Shown: positions 26,570-35,472 of the stretch, piece after piece
Numbering within the stretch: the first letter of the stretch is position 1
Layout: each line of letters starts with the position of its first letter
Assembly (NCBI GenBank): GCA_964463925.1
Contig: CAYXDV010000002.1
Location: forward strand, 86,729-150,728
Direction of reading: 5' to 3'
From: an uncultured Gammaproteobacteria bacterium
GTDB taxonomy: Bacteria > Patescibacteriota > Microgenomatia > UBA12405
Length of the DNA stretch: 64,000 bases
Position numbers and translations under genes: made by a program
Notes under the pieces: model-generated
Told to the model about the DNA's origin: nothing
Databases searched by the model: none
The model's input: only the letters and a program-made list of their open reading frames with translations

Positions 26570-28945
26570 ATGAACTTACCACTGTCTACAGCTACTCAAG
26601 AACTGATTCAGCGAGCCATCAATCTAGCCAAAACCAGAGGCGACCAACAGCTTACCTCTAGGCATTTAGCTGAAGTAATGAATCTCAAACTAAACTCCAT
26701 TGACCAAAACGTAACCATTGAATTACTTCTGGAAAAGGCTTCAGAAATTGCTCAGAATCAATCAGAACCAGAGATAAATCCAGAAATCTTGCGCCTTGCT
26801 CTTACCAATGAACCTTATGAACAAAAGTCTATTTTAGACAAATACACCACAAATCTAACTTCGCAAGCGAGTCTTGGAAAACTAGATCCAGTAATTGGTC
26901 GAGATGATGAAATCAGGCGAGTCATGCAAGTTCTTTCCCGTCGAACTAAAAACAATCCTGTTTTGATTGGTGATCCAGGAGTAGGTAAAACAGCAATTGT
27001 TGAAGGCCTTGCTTCAAGGGTCATCTCTGGCGACGTTCCAGAATCACTAAAAAATAAAAAAATATTATCTCTCCAAATGAGCTCCCTGCTGGCTGGAGCT
27101 AAATTTCGTGGTGAATTCGAAGAAAGGTTAAAAAATGTTATTGACGAAGTTATCAAAAGTGATGGCCAAATCATCCTTTTTATTGATGAGCTACACACCA
27201 TTGTCAAAGCAGGAGGTGGCGAAGGGGCAGTTGATGCTGGCAATATGTTAAAACCAGCACTTGCTCGTGGTGTTTTGCGTTTAATCGGCGCAACTACCAC
27301 CTCTGAATACAAAAAATATATTGAAACAGATCCTGCTCTAGAACGGCGTTTTCAGCCAGTTTTAGTCAATGAACCAACAGCAGATGACACCATCTCAATT
27401 CTCCGTGGCTTAAAAGAACGATATGAATTACATCATGGTTTAAAAATTACTGACTCGGCTTTAGTTGCTGCTAGCCAGTTATCTTCTCGCTATATCAAAG
27501 ACCGCTTTTTACCTGATAAGGCTATTGATTTAATGGATGAAGCTGCTTCGGGATTACGCATTCAACTAGAAAGTAGTCCCGCAGAAATTGATTCTCTAAA
27601 TCACCAAGTGCGCCAATTGGAAATTGAGCAAAAGGCTCTACAAAAGGAATCAGCAGACAGCTCAAAACTTCGCCTTTCTGAAGTTGAAAAACAACTTCAA
27701 ACAAAACAGAAATTGCTACAAGAGCTAACAGCTGCCTGGCAGAAGCAAAAAACACTCCTTGCCAATATTCAGAACAATAGAAGTCAAATTGACATCCTAA
27801 AAGCCGAATTAGACAAAGCCGAAAGGTTGGTTCAACTGGATCGGGCTGCCGAAATAAAATATGGTCAATTACCCAAAGCTCAAGCTGATTTAGAAAAAGC
27901 TGAATCAGCTTGGCTTAATCTCCCAGAAAATGAACGGCTAATGGCTCAGCAGGTAGACGATGAAGCAGTTGCCAAGGTGGTAGAACGTTGGACTAGCATA
28001 CCTGTGGCTAAACTTCTAAAGACTGATACTGAAAAATTGAAAAATCTGGAAAACCTTTTGGCTCAAAAGGTTATTGGCCAGGCGGAAGCTGTGTCTGCCG
28101 TAGCTCGGGCCATCCGGCGTTCCCGGCTGCATTTATCACCAGCACAAAAGCCTATTGCCACTTTTCTATTTCTCGGTCCAACAGGCGTTGGTAAAACCGA
28201 AACCGCCAAGGCTATTGCTTCCGAATTGTTTAACAATCCAAAAGCACTAATACGTCTCGACATGAGTGAGTATTCAGAAAGCCATTCAGTTTCTAAATTA
28301 ATCGGTTCTCCTCCTGGTTATATTGGTTATGATCAAGGTGGTCAATTAACCGAGGCAGTTCGTAGACACCCCTATAGTGTAGTTCTTCTAGACGAAATTG
28401 AAAAAGCGCATCCCCAAATTTTCAACGCATTTCTGCAGGTTTTTGACGAGGGACGTCTTACTGATGGTCAAGGCCGAACCGTAGATTTTACTAACACTGT
28501 TTTTATCATGACAAGTAATCTTGGTGCCGAATTAATTTCTAATTTTACGGGCAAGGATTTAGGCAAATTAAATGAACAGGTTTTGTCTTTAGTCCGCTCC
28601 ACTCTAAAACCAGAATTTTATAATCGTCTGGATCAGGTCATTGTTTTCAACAAACTAAGTCCCCAAAATTTAGAAAACATCGTCGATCTGCAGCTTGCCG
28701 AGGTCAAAATTCGTCTTTCTCAACAACAGCTAGTTCTCCAGGTCACACCCCAAGCCAAAAAATATTTTTCCCAACAAGGCTATGATCCGATTTTTGGAGC
28801 AAGGCCCTTAAAACGTCTTTTGGAAAGAGAACTTTTAGATCGCCTGGCTTTAACCTTACTTGATGCGGATGGACAAACAAGGCAAGTAGTTAAGGTTGAT
28901 GTTAAAAGAGGAGAGTTGTCTATCTCTCTTCAGCCTTTTGACTAA
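26570..28945 (+). CDS. clpB: ATP-dependent chaperone ClpB
   Basis: Two AAA+ modules (GDPGVGKTAIVEGLA; GPTGVGKTETAKAIA), a long coiled-coil middle domain between them, and sensor-2 GARPLKR. Confidence 0.9.
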   Translation: MNLPLSTATQELIQRAINLAKTRGDQQLTSRHLAEVMNLKLNSIDQNVTIELLLEKASEIAQNQSEPEINPEILRLALTNEPYEQKSILDKYTTNLTSQASLGKLDPVIGRDDEIRRVMQVLSRRTKNNPVLIGDPGVGKTAIVEGLASRVISGDVPESLKNKKILSLQMSSLLAGAKFRGEFEERLKNVIDEVIKSDGQIILFIDELHTIVKAGGGEGAVDAGNMLKPALARGVLRLIGATTTSEYKKYIETDPALERRFQPVLVNEPTADDTISILRGLKERYELHHGLKITDSALVAASQLSSRYIKDRFLPDKAIDLMDEAASGLRIQLESSPAEIDSLNHQVRQLEIEQKALQKESADSSKLRLSEVEKQLQTKQKLLQELTAAWQKQKTLLANIQNNRSQIDILKAELDKAERLVQLDRAAEIKYGQLPKAQADLEKAESAWLNLPENERLMAQQVDDEAVAKVVERWTSIPVAKLLKTDTEKLKNLENLLAQKVIGQAEAVSAVARAIRRSRLHLSPAQKPIATFLFLGPTGVGKTETAKAIASELFNNPKALIRLDMSEYSESHSVSKLIGSPPGYIGYDQGGQLTEAVRRHPYSVVLLDEIEKAHPQIFNAFLQVFDEGRLTDGQGRTVDFTNTVFIMTSNLGAELISNFTGKDLGKLNEQVLSLVRSTLKPEFYNRLDQVIVFNKLSPQNLENIVDLQLAEVKIRLSQQQLVLQVTPQAKKYFSQQGYDPIFGARPLKRLLERELLDRLALTLLDADGQTRQVVKVDVKRGELSISLQPFD

Positions 28946-28965
28946 TTAGTGCGGTATAATAGGTA

Positions 28966-29472
28966 ATGTATCAACCCAATCAGTCTGGTTTGGGTCGGAC
29001 CTACGACGAGAGGTCAGCAGGGGGAATTGTTTTTAAACGTGATGGACAACGCCTATTATGGCTTACCATCAAAACACTTGCTCTACGTTCTCAGTCACGA
29101 CACAAACTATTTTTAAAACCACCAAAACTACTTTACAAGTTTCCAAAGGGCCATGTTAATCCTGGAGAATTTCTCAAAGCGGCTGCTCTTCGGGAAGTCG
29201 AGGAAGAAGCCTGGATCAAAGCCAAGATCATTACCAAACTTGGCAGCAATGATTATCTAATCTATGACAAACTTCAAAGCAAAAAGATTGTCAAAAAAGT
29301 CACTTTCTTTTTAATGGAATTTGTCGCTACAAGTGACAAAAAATACAAAGATGCCGAAGGGGTTGTTGGAAAAGATTGGTTATTACACAAGGATGCATAC
29401 AAGCTTTTAGCCTATGATTCGGAAAAAGAATTGCTACTAAAAGCCGTAGACTATGTCCAAAACGCCCTGTGA
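28966..29472 (+). CDS. NUDIX hydrolase
   Basis: Nudix box GHVNPGEFLKAAALREVEEEAWI. Confidence 0.75.
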   Translation: MYQPNQSGLGRTYDERSAGGIVFKRDGQRLLWLTIKTLALRSQSRHKLFLKPPKLLYKFPKGHVNPGEFLKAAALREVEEEAWIKAKIITKLGSNDYLIYDKLQSKKIVKKVTFFLMEFVATSDKKYKDAEGVVGKDWLLHKDAYKLLAYDSEKELLLKAVDYVQNAL

Positions 29473-29547
29473 ACAGGAAACTTTTTTTTTGCATCTTTTT
29501 TCACTACATAGTATATTGTCCACAGATAAGCTATAGAGGAGCCACCC

Positions 29548-29577
29548 AGAAAAGGTAACAGCAATGTTACCTTTTTT
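29548..29577 (+). terminator. putative rho-independent terminator after the NUDIX gene
   Basis: Stem AAAAGGTAAC / GTTACCTTTT (GC core GGTAAC/GTTACC), loop AGCAAT, then TTTTTT. It lies 77 nt after the stop. Confidence 0.5.
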
Positions 29578-29672
29578 AATCTTTGCAAAACATTTAATTT
29601 TCTCCAAGTATCACAAAAAGTGGCTATATTTTGATTACAAATTTCCTGCCTATCGGGTATAATTCAGCCACT

Positions 29673-29755
29673 AGGAAGGGTCGGATAGTGGTTTATTCCA
29701 CACGCTTGGAAAGCGTGCACCGCAAGGTATCGTGGGTTCGAATCCCACCCCTTCC
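29673..29755 (+). tRNA. tRNA-Ser (anticodon GGA), class II with a long variable arm
   Basis: Acceptor GGAAGGG/CCCTTCC, anticodon stem CACGC/GCGTG with loop TTGGAAA, long variable arm, T-arm GTGGG-TTCGAAT-CCCAC, discriminator G. No CCA. Confidence 0.85.
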
Positions 29756-29796
29756 GCACTTCGTGTAATGTTCGAGTAATTTGGTAGAATTGATTT

Positions 29797-30834
29797 ATGA
29801 ATTTTGTGAAATTACCTAAACTCAAAAGAGGTAATAAAGTTGCTATTTTATCTCCATCTTTTGCGGCTCCAGGTAAATGGCCTTTGGTTTATGAATTGGG
29901 ATGTCAAAGATTGAGAGATATTTTTGGGTTGGAACCGATTGAATTTTCAACTACCAAAAAAATTGGAGCTAGCGGTGAAGAAAGGAGTAGGGATTTGATT
30001 GATGCTTTTGAAAATAAAGAAATTAAAGCTGTAATTGCTTCACTTGGTGGAGATGATCAAATAACTTATATTAAAAACCTTCCTCAAAGACCTTTTGTCG
30101 AAAATCCAAAACCATTTTTTGGTTATAGTGATAACACTCATTTTATTAACCATCTTTGGTTGTGTGGTATCCCTTCCTTTTATGGTGGACATTTATTTAC
30201 TGAATTTGCCATGCAAAAAGAAATGGATGAATTTACTATCAAATATTTAAAACACGCTTTATTTGATAACGGCAGTTTTGAGTTAGAGTCAAGTCCTATT
30301 TTTAACGATATTGGTTTGAATTGGAATGATGAATCAACTCTAAATCAAAAACGAAGATATCAATCAAATGACGGTTGGCATTGGGATGGATTAAAAAATA
30401 CCCAAGGCATTACTTGGGGTGGTTGTCTTGAATCAGTCGATGAATTACTTAGACACGGAATTACAATTCCAACTCTTGATGAGTTTAAAAATATTATTTT
30501 ATTTTTAGAAACTTCAGAAGAAATTCCCAGCCATGATTATTTTCGTCGAGTTTTGAGAGCTTTGGGCGAAAAGGGAATCTTAAGAAACATCAAAGGACTT
30601 TTGGTTGGTCGACCGAAAGCTTGGGAGTTTAATAAACAAAATTCTGACGAAGAAAAAGAAATTTACAAAAAAGGGCAAAGAGAAATGGTATTAGAAATTG
30701 TCAGAAAATATAATCAAGAAATCCCAATCATTCAAAATTTGGATTTCGGTCATACTGCACCACAAATTTGTTTACCGACTGGTAAAAAAGTAGTTATTGA
30801 CTCTAATAGCAAATTAGTAGAAGCAGAATTCTAG
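29797..30834 (+). CDS. LD-carboxypeptidase (peptidase S66 family)
   Basis: Ser nucleophile motif FFGYSDNTHF, and KVAILSPS at the N-terminus. Confidence 0.8.
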   Translation: MNFVKLPKLKRGNKVAILSPSFAAPGKWPLVYELGCQRLRDIFGLEPIEFSTTKKIGASGEERSRDLIDAFENKEIKAVIASLGGDDQITYIKNLPQRPFVENPKPFFGYSDNTHFINHLWLCGIPSFYGGHLFTEFAMQKEMDEFTIKYLKHALFDNGSFELESSPIFNDIGLNWNDESTLNQKRRYQSNDGWHWDGLKNTQGITWGGCLESVDELLRHGITIPTLDEFKNIILFLETSEEIPSHDYFRRVLRALGEKGILRNIKGLLVGRPKAWEFNKQNSDEEKEIYKKGQREMVLEIVRKYNQEIPIIQNLDFGHTAPQICLPTGKKVVIDSNSKLVEAEF

Positions 30835-30840
30835 TTATAA

Positions 30841-30880
30841 GGATAGAAAGGTTCCAAACTCATATGCTCCGCCAATGTCG
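30841..30880. repeat. degenerate copy of the 37-bp intergenic repeat
   Basis: AGAAAGGTTCCAAACTCATATGCTCCGCCAATG compared with AAAATAGGTTCTAACAGCGTCAATGATTCGCCGCCAA. They share AGGTTCyAA...TCCGCCAA. Confidence 0.5.
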
Positions 30881-30897
30881 TGACAATTAAATATTGT

Positions 30898-31279
30898 CTA
30901 TTGTTTCAGCCGTTTTCCTGACCATAGGTGAAAGTGAATTTGACCAATTTTTTGACGTTCACCACCATTCACTAGAATGGTGTAACCGCTGTTGTTCCAC
31001 CCTAATTCTTTAACAATTTCTTTGGCTACTAGATAAACTTCGCTGATAAAGACACTGTCTTCTTGCGATAAAGTGGTTATAGATTTAATAGCTTTTTTAG
31101 GAACTAAGACAATATGCTTTTCCCAAAAAAGGTTTGGGGTGCCAAAAAGCGATAATTTTGTCGGTTTCTTTAATTCTGGTGACAGGCAATAATTGACTAA
31201 ATTTTCCAAAAGCTAAACCGACAATTAAATCTCCAAGCGGTGATTTAGCTAATTCAAAAACTTTTTTCGAAATGCTCAT
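30898..31279 (-). pseudogene. HIT-family hydrolase disrupted by a 1-nt frameshift in a T6/A6 homopolymer
   Basis: The N-terminal frame (31279..31097) reads ...TDKIIAFWHPKPF. The C-terminal frame (31209..30898) reads ...LFWEKHIVLVPKK...GYTILVNGGERQKIGQIHFHLWSGKRL, a HIT triad region. Removing one base from the A6 run at 31125..31130 yields the continuous ...IIAFWHPKPFWEKHIVLVPKK..., matching AF.DI.P.AP.HILViPK. Confidence 0.7.
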
Positions 31280-31304
31280 TAAGTAAATTATAGTTCATAG
31301 CTAT

Positions 31305-31341
31305 AAAATAGGTTCTAACAGCGTCAATGATTCGCCGCCAA
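31305..31341. repeat. 37-bp intergenic direct repeat, copy 1 (AAAATAGGTTCTAACAGCGTCAATGATTCGCCGCCAA)
   Basis: Identical 37-mer to 32106..32142. It lies 43 nt upstream of the epimerase start. Confidence 0.85.
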
Positions 31342-31383
31342 GATATGATTACCCTATTCTACTGATGTTTTTTGTTGTTATAA

Positions 31384-32091
31384 TTGATTATGAAGATGTT
31401 TGTAACTGGTTCGAGTGGATTTATTGGATCTGAATTAATTAAAAAAATATTACATGAAAATGAAATTGTGACTTTTGATTTGAAAAATAGTCAAAATATT
31501 CTTGATTTTGAAAGGTTAAAAGAATCTATGAAAGGTTGTAAAGTAGTAATTCATTTAGCGGCTTTAAGAAAACCTTATGAAGATAAAACTTTTGAAGATT
31601 ACTTCAGAACTAATGTGGAGGGAACTTTTAATGTAGCTCAAGCTTGTCTAGAAAATGGAGTCAAAAAGATGATTTATTCTAGTTCAACATCGTATTATGG
31701 AGTAGAAGAAGGTATCCCTTTTCAAAAACCAATTAAAGAAAATAATTTGACCGTGGCTCAAAATGTTAAAGAAAATGAATTAAAATGTAGAGATTGTGAC
31801 ATGGCTTATTCGACGAGTAAAGTCATAGCTGAACAGGTCTTAGCGAATTATGGCTTAAGGAAAAAGTTTCAAGTGATTATTTTAAGATTGGGACCAACAA
31901 GGGAAACAGGAGAATATCGTCCTTTTGGCGAATTAAAACTTCATTTGAAGATAGAAAATGCAATTCAGTCAATCGAAAAATCAATAAATAATAAAAGGGA
32001 GATATGGTATGAGGCTTTTACTATTACTGATAAAGTTGATGAAGTTGATATTTCAAAAGCCGAAAGATTACTAGGTTACAAACCAGAGTAG
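31384..32091 (+). CDS. NAD-dependent epimerase/dehydratase family protein (short SDR)
   Basis: Rossmann motif VTGSSGFIGSEL and catalytic YSTSK. Confidence 0.75.
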   Translation: MIMKMFVTGSSGFIGSELIKKILHENEIVTFDLKNSQNILDFERLKESMKGCKVVIHLAALRKPYEDKTFEDYFRTNVEGTFNVAQACLENGVKKMIYSSSTSYYGVEEGIPFQKPIKENNLTVAQNVKENELKCRDCDMAYSTSKVIAEQVLANYGLRKKFQVIILRLGPTRETGEYRPFGELKLHLKIENAIQSIEKSINNKREIWYEAFTITDKVDEVDISKAERLLGYKPE

Positions 32092-32105
32092 GTATTTGTT
32101 TTCAC

Positions 32106-32142
32106 AAAATAGGTTCTAACAGCGTCAATGATTCGCCGCCAA
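32106..32142. repeat. 37-bp intergenic direct repeat, copy 2
   Basis: Identical to copy 1. It lies 28 nt upstream of the DMT transporter start. Confidence 0.85.
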
Positions 32143-32169
32143 TTTTAAAAAATAAGATATACTCTGCTC

Positions 32170-33017
32170 ATGACTTGGTATACATACGCGTTGATTCCGA
32201 TGGTTTTGTATACCGTGTTTAATATCCTCACAAGAGTGGTTTTAAAAGATACAGAAGACACCAAATCATTCGCAGTTTTATTCTATGGCTTGACAGCCAT
32301 ATTTAACTTATGTATCGGATTCTTTGAATCAATCAAAATTGGAAACATCACCCCGCTTATTGCCATTTTGACTGCAATAGTATTCGTGAATTGGGGCGTG
32401 TTTGGTTTTTTGGAAACAAATGCAAAAAAACATACTGAAATTTCGACTTTTATGGTCTTGGTAAAAACTGGAACCGTGTTGTCGTTTATTCTTTCAGTGA
32501 TTTTCCTAAAAGAGTTAGTTACGGTTCGAAAGATTATAGCTTTAGTATTGATGGTGGGGACAATGGTGGTACTTATATTTAGAATTTATGGAATAAAATT
32601 AAAAGTGGACAAAGGCTTTGTCTATTCGGCGCTATTGGGAATAATTTTGGGAATAGGTTGGACAATTGATAAGATTGTGGCGGTGGCTTGGGGAGCAGTA
32701 TTGTACTCCGCGATCTCAAGCTTTAGCTCTTGTGCTTTTGCCATAGCAGTACCTCCAGTAAAAGTTGGTGCCTTAAAAAACAGTTTAAACTAATAACTTC
32801 GACGTTTATATTTCTGGTGCTAATCAATGCCGTGGCATATTATTTTTTTATGAAAGCCATGACAATAGGGGAAGTTTCGAGAGTAGTCTTGGTGGTGACT
32901 TTGAATGAGATATTAACGATAATTGCGGGAATATTTTTTCTTGGAGAAAAATCGCATTGGGTAGAAAAAATTGTCGCAGGGGTAGTAATAGTATCGGCTT
33001 CGTTTTTATTGTTATAA
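32170..33017 (+). pseudogene. DMT/EamA-family transporter split by a 1-nt frameshift in an A6 homopolymer
   Basis: Two overlapping ORFs (32170..32793 and 32730..33017). The second carries the EamA C-terminal helices (VAYYFFMKAMTIGEVSRVVLVVTLNEILTIIAGIFFLGEK). Adding one A to the run at 32775..32780 fuses them as ...VGALKKQFKLITSTFIFLVLINAVAYY.... Confidence 0.6.
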
Positions 33018-33072
33018 CGACAGAAAGGTTCTAATCCCTTATCCTTAAGGGGATGCGAATATATAATTTGTT

Positions 33073-33459
33073 ATGAAAACAATTCTCGTTGATGCAGCTG
33101 GAACTTTTGTAATTGAGGGTGAAGGGATTTATCAACCACTATATGAATTGCTGAAAAGATATCCGAATAAGAAGATTATCCTGACGAATGCCAGTGATGA
33201 CCAAATAATTGAATTTGGTTTAACAAATCTACCTTATCCACTTTTTACTCTTAAACACAATCCTGACAAGACTGACCCCAAGTATTTCAAGAAAATGTTG
33301 ATCAAATTTAATCTAAAATCTAAAGACGTAATATATTTCGAGCACAATTTGGATGCAGTAAAAAGTGCTGAATCGGTTGGAATTAAATCATTCTTCTACG
33401 ATGCTGAGAAAAAGGATCAGATGGCTTTAAAAGAATTTCTAGATACAAACCTAAATTAA
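33073..33459 (+). CDS. HAD-like hydrolase (degenerate motif I)
   Basis: 128 aa with ILVDAAGT at the N-terminus and a HAD motif III-like YFEHNLDAVKSAESVGI. The second Asp of DxD is replaced. Confidence 0.5.
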   Translation: MKTILVDAAGTFVIEGEGIYQPLYELLKRYPNKKIILTNASDDQIIEFGLTNLPYPLFTLKHNPDKTDPKYFKKMLIKFNLKSKDVIYFEHNLDAVKSAESVGIKSFFYDAEKKDQMALKEFLDTNLN

Positions 33460-33669
33460 GTTGAGACTTTTTCAATTTGTTTATCATTTAGAATGAATCT
33501 GATCTCGAGTAATGCCAATATTTCTTACTTTTCTTCTATCGAGTTTTCTCTGATAAATGGACAGTCAACAACCTCCATTAAATATTCAAATCAAATAGAC
33601 AGGAAAGACGTGGCACATTCTACTAGTTTCTAATCCTGAATGTTAATATATGGTACACAAATTATATAT

Positions 33670-34362
33670 ATGAAAATCAAAATCTTATCTTGGAATATCT
33701 GGATAGATGGCTTTCTAGAAAAATGGGAAACATATCTACGATCTGCTGACGCAGATGTTATTGGTTTGCAAGAAGTCAAAAACAGTGACCCAAATCGAGA
33801 CATTATCGGAATGCTAACAAAACTTGGATATAACTACACATTTGCAGAAACCGAGCAAGTCTGGAATGGAAAAACATATCGGCATGGGCCAGCAATCTTC
33901 ACTAAGTTTCCTATTATAAAATCCGAGAAAATTCAACTCGAAATTGGAGAAGGAGAACGGGCAGCTGCCTATGCAAAATTAGATATTGGGGGAACTCCAC
34001 TCCATGTTTATAATACTCACTTGATTCATACGCACCAACAAGAATCCACCCAGCAAGAACAGCAAACCAATAATTTAATAGCCAAATTGCCAGATAATCA
34101 TGTGGTCGTGATGGGGGATTTCAACGCCACATCCAAAAGTAAATCCATCCAAGCAATGAATAAAATACTTGTAGATACAGACCCTTCAGCCCTTCCTACA
34201 TGGAGTGTGTATCCAGAAGGATGTATCAAATGTAATCCACAAAGAGTCGACACAAAACTAGACTATATTTTCATAAGCAAGGACTTAAAGAAACATTCCT
34301 TTGAAGTTGGGAAATCTGATGGCTCTGACCATCTACCCATTTTGGCCGTTATAGAAACGTAG
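33670..34362 (+). CDS. endonuclease/exonuclease/phosphatase (EEP) family protein
   Basis: Start MKIKILSWNIW. Motifs GLQEV, GDFNA and a C-terminal SDHLPILAVIE. Confidence 0.8.
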   Translation: MKIKILSWNIWIDGFLEKWETYLRSADADVIGLQEVKNSDPNRDIIGMLTKLGYNYTFAETEQVWNGKTYRHGPAIFTKFPIIKSEKIQLEIGEGERAAAYAKLDIGGTPLHVYNTHLIHTHQQESTQQEQQTNNLIAKLPDNHVVVMGDFNATSKSKSIQAMNKILVDTDPSALPTWSVYPEGCIKCNPQRVDTKLDYIFISKDLKKHSFEVGKSDGSDHLPILAVIET

Positions 34363-34416
34363 ACTCTAGATATCTTCAGATCATTTCACCTTATTCGAAT
34401 CCCATTATAATCAATT

Positions 34417-35124
34417 ATGTCCTTCAATTCGGTCACTAGCCTAAAGGCTGACCCTTACTTTCTAAAAGATGATTTCCAATCAAAGCCTAGTACCAAGATT
34501 TGGGGACTAAAACGTCAACCACTAATGATCAATAGTCACTCGTTGTCACAAGGTAAAAATATTGGCAGCCAGGAACCTAGAAATTGTCTGAAAGTAACTT
34601 GTTGTCCTGGAGATATTACCATAGTAGGGCAGAGTGGACGTATTACTGAACGAGCAGAACTGGTGGAAAACAAGGAATTGTGGTTACTACACGGAGTTAA
34701 TATTTGGTACACTTTTTCTTTATTGATACCCAAAGATTATCAACAGAATTCAAATCGTTTAGTTTTTGCCCAATGGAAACAATTTGGCAATACCCATTCC
34801 CCATTTTTATCTCTCCGTTACATAAGTAGAAGTTTTGAATCAAAATTGAGCAACTCAAATGAACAGATAAAAACCAATTTTGGCCAATTAGCAACAGACA
34901 TTTGGCACACTTTTCTAATTAATTACCAATTGAACAATAACGAAACAGGACAGTTTTCTATTTGGTTAGACAAAAGGCTAGTTCAAACCTACACAGGTCG
35001 CTTAGGTTTCAAACCAAATGGTGATTTTATCCATTTTCATTTAGGCATATATCGGGACCATCTTCCTTTTGCACAGACTCTTTATTTCTCCAACTTCCTT
35101 CGCTCTTCCTATGATTTACAATAA
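34417..35124 (+). CDS. hypothetical protein, possibly a PL7-like (alginate-lyase fold) jelly-roll protein
   Basis: Weak resemblance to PL7 motifs (RITERAELVE, AQWKQ, IHFHLGIYRDH). Low confidence. Confidence 0.45.
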   Translation: MSFNSVTSLKADPYFLKDDFQSKPSTKIWGLKRQPLMINSHSLSQGKNIGSQEPRNCLKVTCCPGDITIVGQSGRITERAELVENKELWLLHGVNIWYTFSLLIPKDYQQNSNRLVFAQWKQFGNTHSPFLSLRYISRSFESKLSNSNEQIKTNFGQLATDIWHTFLINYQLNNNETGQFSIWLDKRLVQTYTGRLGFKPNGDFIHFHLGIYRDHLPFAQTLYFSNFLRSSYDLQ

Positions 35125-35168
35125 CACCACGTTGGAGGAGTTCTGGCTAATACTGATGTTAATTTCCG

Positions 35169-35423
35169 TTAATGTATAATTCTGCCTACTGCAATCAAAA
35201 CACAGGCACCGATTACAGACACCACTAAACTGTATAAATTAAACCCAGTTACTCCAGCCTGACCAAAAAAGTTCATCACAAAGCCACCCACCAAACCTCC
35301 TACTATGCCCAAGATAATATCCATTATCATTCCTTGATTAGCATCATTCTTCATAACCATAGAGGCGATCCAGCCGGCAGCACCACCCAAAATCAAAGAC
35401 AGAACCAAATTATTTAAGTTCAT
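35169..35423 (-). CDS. GlsB/YeaQ/YmgE-family transglycosylase-associated membrane protein
   Basis: 84 aa with the family's GxxxG-rich pattern (LILGGAAGWIASMVM...IILGIVGGLVGGFVMNFF). Confidence 0.85.
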   Translation of the reverse strand: MNLNNLVLSLILGGAAGWIASMVMKNDANQGMIMDIILGIVGGLVGGFVMNFFGQAGVTGFNLYSLVVSVIGACVLIAVGRIIH

Positions 35424-35472
35424 TTTTATATAAACAAACTAGTAATTACTAAATTATACAACTTTATCTCCA

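Noticed and set aside
30841-32142. Possible CRISPR array, considered because of identical 37-bp direct repeats
   Set aside because: There are only two perfect copies, ~800 bp apart, with a whole gene between them. There is no regular short spacer architecture and no cas genes.
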